Assembly (NCBI GenBank): GCA_002297365.1
Contig: DBKT01000011.1
Location: 18,650 to 82,649 of the forward strand
Origin: Bacillales bacterium UBA743
GTDB lineage: Bacteria > Bacillota_I > Bacilli_A > RFN20 > CAG-826
DNA length: 64,000 bases
Direction: 5' to 3'
Shown piece by piece: positions 9,687-17,911 of this stretch (its first letter is position 1; the number at the start of each line of letters is the position of its first letter). A program made the position numbers and the translations under genes. A model generated the notes under the pieces. The model was given only the letters and a program-made list of their open reading frames with translations, was not told the origin of the DNA and did no database searches.

Positions 9687-10283
9687 TTATCCTTGCATGT
9701 CTCTCTTCTTTTTGATGAGAAGAAGTTTTTGATTTAATTTCTTATAGATATGTTCCACGAACCATTTCTCGGTAGAAAGAGTATACACATCCTCTAAATT
9801 AGCCCAACAAAGTCCGGAATTCTCATCTTCTTTGACAAGGAGCTGATCTTTCTCCTCTTCCTGAAGAAGATAGGTTAAATTTAGATGCAAATGGGAAGGG
9901 ACGTATACTCCCTTTCGATAATGAGAATCAACCGTGAGAACTTCCAAGGAAAAGATTTTGCCATCGTTTAACACCTGAAAATGAGAAAGCCCGCTTTCTT
10001 CCCTCGCTTCTTTTAAAGCAACTTTCAAACAATCGACTTCCCCATCGTTATGCCCGCCAAGCCAACTCCAAGATTGAAAGATCTTATGATAGCAAAGAAG
10101 GACTTTTTCCCAGTCTTTATTCACAATCCAGCAAGAGGAAGTTATGTGGCAGATTTGATTTTCTCTTCGAAAGATGTTTTTCTCCGTCTTTAAGGCGTGC
10201 AGAATGATTCTTTTATCCGCTTTTTCTTCTTCGTTAAAAGGGGAATAATCCTCAATTTGCTCAATCAGCTCTTCTTCCGTCAT
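9687..10283 (-). CDS. NUDIX hydrolase
   Basis: Nudix-box-like GGHNDGEVDCLKVALKEAREESGL, one residue longer than the consensus. Overlaps the upstream gene by 1 nt, so the two are in an operon. Confidence 0.65.
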   Translation of the reverse strand: MTEEELIEQIEDYSPFNEEEKADKRIILHALKTEKNIFRRENQICHITSSCWIVNKDWEKVLLCYHKIFQSWSWLGGHNDGEVDCLKVALKEAREESGLSHFQVLNDGKIFSLEVLTVDSHYRKGVYVPSHLHLNLTYLLQEEEKDQLLVKEDENSGLCWANLEDVYTLSTEKWFVEHIYKKLNQKLLLIKKKRDMQG

Positions 10284-10945
10284 TATAAAAGGCCCTCAAG
10301 ATGATCGATGAACTCTTGCAGCTTTAGGAAAACGTGGGCCAATGGAAAGCCATCCACCAAAGCATGCGATACCGTTATATTCAAAGTAAGATGGTACGTC
10401 CCATCCTCATGTTTCTTGTATTTATCCCAAAGAATACGCGGAACGGATAAATCATCATGATCGCCAGATGGAGTTGGGTGGCGAAAGGAAAGAACGCTTA
10501 AAAGAGGCAAACAGGAAGCATAGATAACATTTGGCTCGTTGCATAAAGGAGAAAGGTCCAGATGATCCTCCGGCTTCAATTTCTTCGCTTTCTCGTTTAA
10601 TTCGATGACTTCCTTATAGAAAGCGGGGAAATCTTCGTTGAAAGGGCAACCGACATTGCTATAAACGCCCGATTCCCCCATCACCGTCCAAGTCGGATGA
10701 ACTTGATCGTAATAATAAATGCGGCCATTCACTTCCCGAAGGTGAAGCTCATAGACGGAATTGATGGCTTTCGTTAAAAGATAGATGAAAATCGGGAAGA
10801 AAGAGATATGTTTTTCTTCTTTGCGCTGAACGATATTCGTCACGTCGATATCCACATCTAGGCCATAACTAGGATCAGGGAATTTGGAAAAATGAAAATA
10901 TTGGTTCCTTTTCTTGTATGTTTTCAAATCGATTTCCGTTCTCAT
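10283..10945 (-). CDS. Chloramphenicol-acetyltransferase (CAT) family acetyltransferase
   Basis: CAT-like blocks FFPIFIYLLTKAINS, HPTWTV and C-terminal LNITVSHALVDGFPLAHVFLKLQEF, compared with CAT VHHAVCDGFH. The catalytic His is conserved. Confidence 0.6.
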   Translation of the reverse strand: MRTEIDLKTYKKRNQYFHFSKFPDPSYGLDVDIDVTNIVQRKEEKHISFFPIFIYLLTKAINSVYELHLREVNGRIYYYDQVHPTWTVMGESGVYSNVGCPFNEDFPAFYKEVIELNEKAKKLKPEDHLDLSPLCNEPNVIYASCLPLLSVLSFRHPTPSGDHDDLSVPRILWDKYKKHEDGTYHLTLNITVSHALVDGFPLAHVFLKLQEFIDHLEGLL

Positions 10946-11583
10946 TCAATCGCTCCTTTCATTTTCAGCTCTTGCAAAAGCCATTCTTTGGCCAAGGGAT
11001 CTTTTTTCAAATCCCATTTATCCACATCAACATCAATCAAAGATTCTTTTGCATAGCTTTTTCTCATCATTTCGTCATATCCGTCATAAAGAAAACGGTA
11101 ATAGGAAATAAGTTCTTTCCCCAATTCAAAAGAACGGCCTCTGCTTTGAATGCGTTTTAAAACCGTGTCAAAAGATCCGTGAAGATAAATAAGGATTGTT
11201 TTCTTGCCTTCGGAGTTCGCTTGAAGCTCTTGCAGGATCTCTTTGAAGAAAGAATCGTATATTTTCATTTCCATCTCGCTGATATCACCTAATTCGAAGT
11301 TCTTCTTGGCGAAATAACGATCCTCGAAAATGCTGCGATCAAGGACAGCGTTTTCTTTCTTCAAAGCCTCGCGAATCGTATGGAATCTAGCACGCAAGAA
11401 AGATAATTGCAGAAGGAAAGGATAGCGTTTTCTTTCTTTTTCTTCTGGAGTGGCTTTGTAGAACAGGGGCAGGATTTCATTTCCTTTTACCGTTTCAAAA
11501 AAAGAGGGCAAGGAAAGTTCTTCTTCCAGCATCTTTGTCGTCGTTGTTTTTCCAATTCCGATCATTCCGCCTACGATTATCAT
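10942..11583 (-). CDS. Deoxynucleoside kinase (dAK/dGK/dCK family)
   Basis: P-loop MIIVGGMIGIGKTT at the N-terminus. dNK-like ERS/DRS...R motifs. The track start at 11592 is TTG. ATG at 11583 has RBS AGAGG 10 nt upstream. Confidence 0.8.
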   Translation of the reverse strand: MIIVGGMIGIGKTTTTKMLEEELSLPSFFETVKGNEILPLFYKATPEEKERKRYPFLLQLSFLRARFHTIREALKKENAVLDRSIFEDRYFAKKNFELGDISEMEMKIYDSFFKEILQELQANSEGKKTILIYLHGSFDTVLKRIQSRGRSFELGKELISYYRFLYDGYDEMMRKSYAKESLIDVDVDKWDLKKDPLAKEWLLQELKMKGAIE

Positions 11584-11863
11584 TTCCAACAAGCCTCTAA
11601 ATCTTTAAAGATTATCTACTCTTCCGTTTTTTATTTCCATAGAAAAGATTCGTGACAAAGAAGCAAAGAGGCAAACCCTATCTTTTCTTTTAAGAATTCC
11701 TGTGTAAAAAATTAAAAAAACTCTAAAAAGGATTTTCATTTATCGCTATAATGTTATTCCAAGGACGAAAGAAAGCTCCTGTTTAAAACAATGAGACTCA
11801 TTTGAAGCAATTGTGTTTTGATGGAAGCTTGTCCGAATTCATACATTAGGAGGAAAAACAAGT

Positions 11864-13093
11864 ATGAAAAAATCAGCCTTATTACTCTTAGGCGCTTCTA
11901 TCCTCACGCTCGCTTCTTGCGGAGCGAGAGGGAATGACGAAGACCCTAACGCCATCAAAATCGCATTAGTAACAGACTCAGGCACCCTTAACGACCACAA
12001 CTTCAACCAAACATCTTGGGAAGCCGTTAATGCATGGGCCGTTGAAAATGGCGGCGGAAAAGTCGAAAATCAAGTTGTTAGCAACGGAAGCGTGTTGACG
12101 AAATATTATCAGCCAACTGCCACCGGCAATGATTTCACCACTGCTGAGAGAGTCTCTGCGGTTAAAGCTGCTGCTGACTGGGGCGCAAAATTCATCGTTC
12201 TTCCTGGTTATCTTTTCCAACCAGTGGTAAAACAAATCCAAGAGATCAGCAAATATAAGGATATCCATTTCCTTGCTTTGGATTGCGTGAATCAAGACAG
12301 TGATAACAAATATAAGGAATTCACACTTAAATCCAATGTGTCTATGACTCAATATCAAGAAGAGCAAGCTGGCTTTATGGCTGGCTATGGCGCTGTCAAA
12401 GAAGGCTTGAGAAAATTAGGTTTCGTCGGTGGAATGGCTGTTCCAGCCGTTACCCGTTACGGATATGGGTATATTCAAGGCGCTGAAAAAGCTGCAACCG
12501 AACTCAGCTTAGCGGATAACGCCATTGACATGCAATATTACTATTCCGGAAAATTCGCTTCTACAGATGAGGCGACCGCCTTTGCCACTAAGTGGTATAA
12601 CGCAGGAACAGAAACCATCTTCGCCTGTGGCGGAGCCGTTTATAATTCCGTAACCACCGCCCTTTCCGGATTATCTGACAAGAGTGGCAAAACCTGGATT
12701 GGCGTTGATACCAACCAACACGCCGACACTTCCATCAAGCCAGAAGGCACGAGAGAATTGCTTCTCACCTCTGCTATGAAAGGCTTAGGAGAGTCTATCA
12801 AATCCGCTTTGAACGATTGGAAGAAGAACAACTACGAGAAATTCTCCGACAAATTAGCCGGAAAGATTGAAACCCTCGGAATCAACGATGATGCCGTTGC
12901 TCTTCCAACTCCAGAAACAACCGGTGACGAAGACTGCTGGGGATTTAAGAATTTCACCATTGAACAATACAAGACTTTAGTTAGCCAGATGAAAGCTGGA
13001 ACCATTACCGTTTCTGCCGACACCGACACAAAGCCAAGCGTTACAAAAGTTCAAGTCACTTACCACAACACCACCAGCACCGACAAAAAATAA
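11864..13093 (+). CDS. BMP-family (PnrA/Med-like) nucleoside-binding lipoprotein, the substrate-binding protein of the ABC transporter
   Basis: Signal peptide with lipobox LTLASC. BMP family blocks IALVTDSGTLNDHNFNQ. Strong RBS AGGAGG. Confidence 0.85.
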   Translation: MKKSALLLLGASILTLASCGARGNDEDPNAIKIALVTDSGTLNDHNFNQTSWEAVNAWAVENGGGKVENQVVSNGSVLTKYYQPTATGNDFTTAERVSAVKAAADWGAKFIVLPGYLFQPVVKQIQEISKYKDIHFLALDCVNQDSDNKYKEFTLKSNVSMTQYQEEQAGFMAGYGAVKEGLRKLGFVGGMAVPAVTRYGYGYIQGAEKAATELSLADNAIDMQYYYSGKFASTDEATAFATKWYNAGTETIFACGGAVYNSVTTALSGLSDKSGKTWIGVDTNQHADTSIKPEGTRELLLTSAMKGLGESIKSALNDWKKNNYEKFSDKLAGKIETLGINDDAVALPTPETTGDEDCWGFKNFTIEQYKTLVSQMKAGTITVSADTDTKPSVTKVQVTYHNTTSTDKK

Positions 13094-13105
13094 ATCGTCC
13101 GCTAT

Positions 13106-13140
13106 AGAGGGGGTCTTCTTTAGGGCCCCCTTTCTTTCAA
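13106..13140 (+). terminator. Intra-operon GC hairpin with U-tract between the SBP gene and the ATPase gene
   Basis: AGGGGG-loop-CCCCCT inverted repeat followed by TTTCTTTC. Attenuating terminators after highly expressed SBP genes are common. Confidence 0.45.
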
Positions 13141-13157
13141 AAAAGGAGTTCTTTAAT

Positions 13158-14780
13158 ATGGAGGAAAATGTTCTTGAGCTGCGACACATTTGCAAATATT
13201 TTCCTGGCATCAAAGCAAACGACGATATCTCTTTGACGCTAAGAAAAGGGGAAATACACGCTCTTCTGGGAGAAAATGGCGCAGGCAAATCCACCTTGAT
13301 GTCGATGGTCTCTGGCTTATATCAGCCAGATTCTGGCGAAATATTGCTTAATGGTGAAAAAGTTTCTATAAAAGATCCGCATGAAGCGTGCAAATTAGGG
13401 ATCGGAATGGTCCACCAACATTTCATGCTTGTAGGCGTTTTTTCAGCATTGGAAAACATCATTTTAGGAGAAGAGCCAACCGGTCTTTTTGGTTATATAA
13501 AGCCAGTCGAAGCAAGGGAGAAGTTAGAGAGCCTTTGCGAAAAATACAATTTCCATATCGATTTGGACGAAAAAATCGACGATATGTCTGTTGGCGAACA
13601 ACAAAAAGTCGAGATTCTAAAAATGCTTTTCCGCGATTCCAATATCTTGATTTTTGATGAGCCTACGGCTGTTTTGACGCCTCAAGAAATCGATGATTTG
13701 ATGATTTCCATGAAGAATTTGGCAAAAGAAGGGAAATCCATTCTCTTCATTTCGCACAAATTAAATGAAATAATGGCTGTCTCCGATCGCGTTAGCGTCC
13801 TAAGAAAAGGAAGATGCGTCAAAACGCTAGAGACAAAGGATACCACGGAAGAAGAGCTTTCTCGTCTAATGGTCGGAAGAGACGTTCAGCTCGTCGTTCA
13901 AAAAACGGAAGCAAAACCGGGGCCCGATGTCCTCACCATCCGTAACCTAACCGTTTTCAATCAAGAAAAAGGAAAGGACACCGTTAATAACGTCTCCCTT
14001 TCCGTCCGTCAGGGCGAAATCGTTTGCCTGGCTGGAATCGAGGGAAATGGACAAAGCGATTTAATCTACGCCTTAACGGGTATTTGCAAAGCCAAATCCG
14101 GCGAGATCATTCTTCATAACGTGAAGAACCCTCGTTTTAGCGAAAAGAAAAAAGAAGAACGGGAGAAAGCTGGCGAAGAATATGAAGAGGATCCATACAC
14201 TGACGTGCATTTAGAAAAATTGAGCATCCGCGAAAGAGCTTTGGCGGGCCTCTCTCACATTCCTGAAGACCGTCACAAATATGGTTTAGCTCTTGATTTT
14301 TCCTTGCAAGATAATCTTGTTTTGCAACGTTATTTTAAAAAACCGTTCTCATTTTTTGGCATAAGAAGCAAGAAAGCCATTCGCGAATACGCCCAAAAAC
14401 TAATTGATCAATATGACATTCGTTCCTCCTTAGGGGCAAACACAACAGTACGCTCAATGTCTGGCGGGAATCAGCAAAAAGCCATCATCGGTCGTCAATT
14501 GGATTTGGGCGCCCCTCTTTTAATCGCCGTGTCCCCTACACGCGGCTTGGATGTTGGCGCGATTGAGAAAATTCATCATCAATTGATAGAAAGCAGAGAT
14601 TCCGGCAAAGCCGTTCTTCTTGTTTCCCTCGAATTAGAGGAAGTCATGAATCTCTCTGACCGTATCCTTGTGATGCATAACGGCAAAATCGTTGCCAACT
14701 TAAATCCAAAAAAGACAACGGTCGAGGAAATCGGTCTCTATATGTCTGGTGCAAAAGTGCAAGAAGGATTGGGAGAATAA
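13158..14780 (+). CDS. ABC transporter ATP-binding protein with duplicated ATPase domains (nucleoside/sugar type)
   Basis: Two Walker A/ABC signature sets: GENGAGKST...LSGGNQQK. Confidence 0.9.
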   Translation: MEENVLELRHICKYFPGIKANDDISLTLRKGEIHALLGENGAGKSTLMSMVSGLYQPDSGEILLNGEKVSIKDPHEACKLGIGMVHQHFMLVGVFSALENIILGEEPTGLFGYIKPVEAREKLESLCEKYNFHIDLDEKIDDMSVGEQQKVEILKMLFRDSNILIFDEPTAVLTPQEIDDLMISMKNLAKEGKSILFISHKLNEIMAVSDRVSVLRKGRCVKTLETKDTTEEELSRLMVGRDVQLVVQKTEAKPGPDVLTIRNLTVFNQEKGKDTVNNVSLSVRQGEIVCLAGIEGNGQSDLIYALTGICKAKSGEIILHNVKNPRFSEKKKEEREKAGEEYEEDPYTDVHLEKLSIRERALAGLSHIPEDRHKYGLALDFSLQDNLVLQRYFKKPFSFFGIRSKKAIREYAQKLIDQYDIRSSLGANTTVRSMSGGNQQKAIIGRQLDLGAPLLIAVSPTRGLDVGAIEKIHHQLIESRDSGKAVLLVSLELEEVMNLSDRILVMHNGKIVANLNPKKTTVEEIGLYMSGAKVQEGLGE

Positions 14781-14781
14781 T

Positions 14782-16080
14782 ATGAAAGCATTTAAAGAAT
14801 CCATAAAAGTCTTCTTAGCCAAAACAAGTGCTTTCTTCAAGAAAGTCGGCTCTTTTCTGAACAAATACGTTTGGCATTATCTTCGTTATGTTTTTGTTCC
14901 GATTGGAAAATTCTTTTCTTGGCTATTCCATTTCCAAGCGGCCAGATCCATTATGAGCTCGATTATTTGTGTCTTTATTGGCATCTTCGTAGGTTTCATC
15001 GTCATGCTTATTCGTGATCCGGCTAATTGCTTTGCTGGATTGGGCGTTCTTCTGTCTTCTGGTTTCCAGGGGATTTCCGAAGGCGATTATGATGCGATAT
15101 CTCACGTTATAGGCGTCTTAACTCCGATGGTCTTAGCCGGTATATCCATATCCTTCGCTTTCAAACTTGGTTTGTTCAACATCGGCATTACAGGCCAATT
15201 AACCATGGGTGCCTTCCTTTCTTTGATTTTTTCCTTTATGGGAATGCCATGGTACGTTTGTTTATTAATCGGGATGGTTGGAGGCGCCCTTATCGGCTTC
15301 CTTTCCGGTTTCTTGAAAGCCAAATTCAACGTTAACGAAGTCCTTTCTGGCATCATGTTTAACTGGATCGTCTATTACCTTTGCGGTTTGATTGGCGATT
15401 ATTTGCCAAGCGACTGGATTGACTCTTCCAACAAAACCCAGCTTGCCAAAATGTCTCAAAACGGCAGACTTCCGACTCTTCTTTCTGAGAACACCGCTGA
15501 CGGATATATCAATCCGGCCTACTACAACGTGACGGCAGGCATTTTTATTGCGATTATCATTGCTGTTATCATCTGGTTCATTTTGAAATACACCAAATTT
15601 GGTTTCGAATTAAAGCTCTGTGGCTCAAATAAGTTTGCGGCGAAATATGCTGGCATTAATCAAAATTCCAACATCGTTCTTTCTTTGGCGATTTCTGGTG
15701 CAATCGCTGGAATTTGCGGATACATGGTCTTTGCCACCCCTTCTCCTAAAGGGTTCACTTTTGGAGCCTTAGATGGCGTTATGCTGTCCGACGGATTCAA
15801 CGGCATCTCGGTTGCGTTAATCGGCCAAACCGATCCTATCGGATGTATCTTCTCTTCGTTCTTCCTTGCTTATATTAATGAGGGGCAAACGCAAATCGTG
15901 AACGTCTCTATCCTTTATTCCAAATACTATATGGAATTGATTAAGGCAGTTATTATTTACGTTGCTTCATTTAGCGCTTTTATCGCTTATCTTATTAAAA
16001 GCTCTAACGAAAAGAGCAAAGGAAAAATCGACGCTAGTTTCAAAGAACTATATCGTTCCAAAAAGGAGGAAACAGTATGA
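14782..16080 (+). CDS. ABC transporter permease
   Basis: Multiple TM helices. ATG at 14782 has RBS GGGAGAA. The longer track start at 14749 overlaps the previous gene. Confidence 0.85.
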   Translation: MKAFKESIKVFLAKTSAFFKKVGSFLNKYVWHYLRYVFVPIGKFFSWLFHFQAARSIMSSIICVFIGIFVGFIVMLIRDPANCFAGLGVLLSSGFQGISEGDYDAISHVIGVLTPMVLAGISISFAFKLGLFNIGITGQLTMGAFLSLIFSFMGMPWYVCLLIGMVGGALIGFLSGFLKAKFNVNEVLSGIMFNWIVYYLCGLIGDYLPSDWIDSSNKTQLAKMSQNGRLPTLLSENTADGYINPAYYNVTAGIFIAIIIAVIIWFILKYTKFGFELKLCGSNKFAAKYAGINQNSNIVLSLAISGAIAGICGYMVFATPSPKGFTFGALDGVMLSDGFNGISVALIGQTDPIGCIFSSFFLAYINEGQTQIVNVSILYSKYYMELIKAVIIYVASFSAFIAYLIKSSNEKSKGKIDASFKELYRSKKEETV

Positions 16081-17111
16081 ATTTGCTTATTTTAGAAGGG
16101 ATTACCGTCTCTCCTTATGTTTGGGGAACGCTTATCTTCTCTTTCATCGTTTTCGGTGTCGGCTTCACTCTTGGGGCATTTGGCGGGATGTATTCAGAAT
16201 GTTCTGGCATCATCAACATTGCCTTAGATGGTTCTATGTTGTTAGGAGCTTTCTCTGGCATTCTTGTCTGCCAGCAAATCGGCGGCGCTTTAAAAGGAAG
16301 CGAGTTGTTGAATAATTGGGCTTTCGTCAATTTCATTTATGTGATAGGCCTCCTTGTTTGCGTGATTGTCGCTTTTGCTTTCTCCTTCCTGCTCTCTTTC
16401 GTTTCCATCCGTTTGAAAGCGGATCAAACAATCGTAGGCACCGCTTTAAATAGCCTTGTAGCTGCCATTGTTTTGATTGTCAACACGATTCATTTAGGGG
16501 CCGATCTTCCTGAAACCGATGTTTCGATGTTCTATAACGTCATGCTTTATAAGTTTGAGGGTATGGAGTTCTTTAACGGCATGTTCTCCAATTTGAACAT
16601 CACCGTTTTGATTGGAATCGTCCTGATTGTTCTTTTAGCCTTGATCATGAACAAAACAAGATTGGGCTTAAGAATACGCGCATGCGGGGAAAATCCGGCA
16701 GCTGCCGATTCCGTCGGTATCAAAGTCAATAAGATGAGATACATTGGCACCGCTATCGGCTCCGTGTCTGCCGCAATCGGCGGTTATATCATTTTCACTT
16801 GCTTGCGTTTAGGGGAATGGAGCCTCACTTCAGGTGTTTTTGGATATGGTTTCTTGGTGTTGGCAATTGAAATTTTAGGGAACTGGAAAGCGAAGAACAT
16901 TATTTTTGCCGCTTTGTTCTTTGCGTTCTTCACCTCATTTGGGACATTCATGACGACCACCTTCTCTGGCGGAGCGAAAGCCTTCTATAATTCCAAGGCT
17001 TTCTATTGCATGTTGCCCTACTTATTGGCAATCCTATCCCTTGTCTTCTTCTCAAAGAAGAGCCACGCTCCGAAAGCGGAAGGAATTCCTTACGACAAAT
17101 CAGCTCGTTAA
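16077..17111 (+). CDS. ABC transporter permease
   Basis: ATGA overlap with the upstream permease. Polytopic membrane protein. Confidence 0.85.
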   Translation: MNLLILEGITVSPYVWGTLIFSFIVFGVGFTLGAFGGMYSECSGIINIALDGSMLLGAFSGILVCQQIGGALKGSELLNNWAFVNFIYVIGLLVCVIVAFAFSFLLSFVSIRLKADQTIVGTALNSLVAAIVLIVNTIHLGADLPETDVSMFYNVMLYKFEGMEFFNGMFSNLNITVLIGIVLIVLLALIMNKTRLGLRIRACGENPAAADSVGIKVNKMRYIGTAIGSVSAAIGGYIIFTCLRLGEWSLTSGVFGYGFLVLAIEILGNWKAKNIIFAALFFAFFTSFGTFMTTTFSGGAKAFYNSKAFYCMLPYLLAILSLVFFSKKSHAPKAEGIPYDKSAR

Positions 17112-17219
17112 AAAGAACGAACACCTGTATCCATTTTCAAAAGAATTTGCGTTCTCTTAAGGCCAAGGGAACGCTTTTCATATATAATAGAAAAACTTGA
17201 AAAAGAGGATTTCCATATT

Positions 17220-17807
17220 ATGTATCAAGAGCTTCAAAAAGGATGGGTTGAGGTCATCACAGGGCCTATGTTTGCCGGCAAAAGCGAAGAATTGATTCGC
17301 CGCATAAAGACCCTTTCTTACACCAAAATGAGAATTATTGCCTTTAAACCGGCGATCGACGATCGTTACGATAAAACGGCCATTGCTTCTCATGATGGTG
17401 CCAAATATGAGGCCTACGCTATCAAAGAGGCTCATTCCATTCTGGAATTGGTAAAAGAAGACACCCAAGTTGTTGCCATCGATGAAATCCAATTCTTCGA
17501 TATGAGCGTTGTCGGAATCTGCGAAGAATTGGCCGATAGAGGAATCCGGGTCATTGTCGCAGGATTGGACTTGGATTTCAAAGGAGAGCCTTTTGGCCCA
17601 ATGCCAGAGCTCTTAGCAAGGGCTGAATTCGTGACAAAACTTTCCGCCGTCTGCACCGTTTGCGGATGCGCGGCAACAAGAACGCAACGTTTGATTGATG
17701 GAAAACCCGCTGATTTCAACGATCCCATTATTAAGGTTGGGGCAAAAGAAAATTACGAAGCCCGTTGCAGAAAACATCATATCGTTCCCAATAAGCCGAA
17801 ATTCTAG
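17220..17807 (+). CDS. tdk: Thymidine kinase
   Basis: [15 protein letters not shown]-loop and C-terminal zinc ribbon CTVCGCAAT...C. RBS AAAGAGG. Confidence 0.9.
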   Translation: MYQELQKGWVEVITGPMFAGKSEELIRRIKTLSYTKMRIIAFKPAIDDRYDKTAIASHDGAKYEAYAIKEAHSILELVKEDTQVVAIDEIQFFDMSVVGICEELADRGIRVIVAGLDLDFKGEPFGPMPELLARAEFVTKLSAVCTVCGCAATRTQRLIDGKPADFNDPIIKVGAKENYEARCRKHHIVPNKPKF

Positions 17808-17822
17808 GTTTCAATCGATTTG

Positions 17823-17843
17823 AGAGCCTTTTGGCTCTTTTTC
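17823..17843 (+). terminator. Rho-independent terminator after tdk
   Basis: AGAGCC-TTTT-GGCTCT followed by TTTTC. Confidence 0.7.
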
Positions 17844-17911
17844 TATATCATTTTTTGCTAAGTTCTTAAAAAAATACAGCAAAGCCGTTTCTACGCTTAT
17901 AAAATAAAGAG

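Noticed and set aside
11978-12367. Antisense ORFs inside confirmed genes, for example 11978..12367, 5922..6293, 22010..22366, 23444..23815, 45205..45666 and 57683..58931
   Set aside because: Each lies fully within and antisense to, or out of frame with, a well-supported long gene. None has a start context or recognisable domain.
17112-17219. TATATAAT (17181-17188) as a tdk promoter -10, together with the AGAACG…CGTTCT inverted repeat upstream
   Set aside because: There is no acceptable -35 at 16-18 bp spacing. The inverted repeat has a 30-nt loop. Evidence is too weak to annotate.
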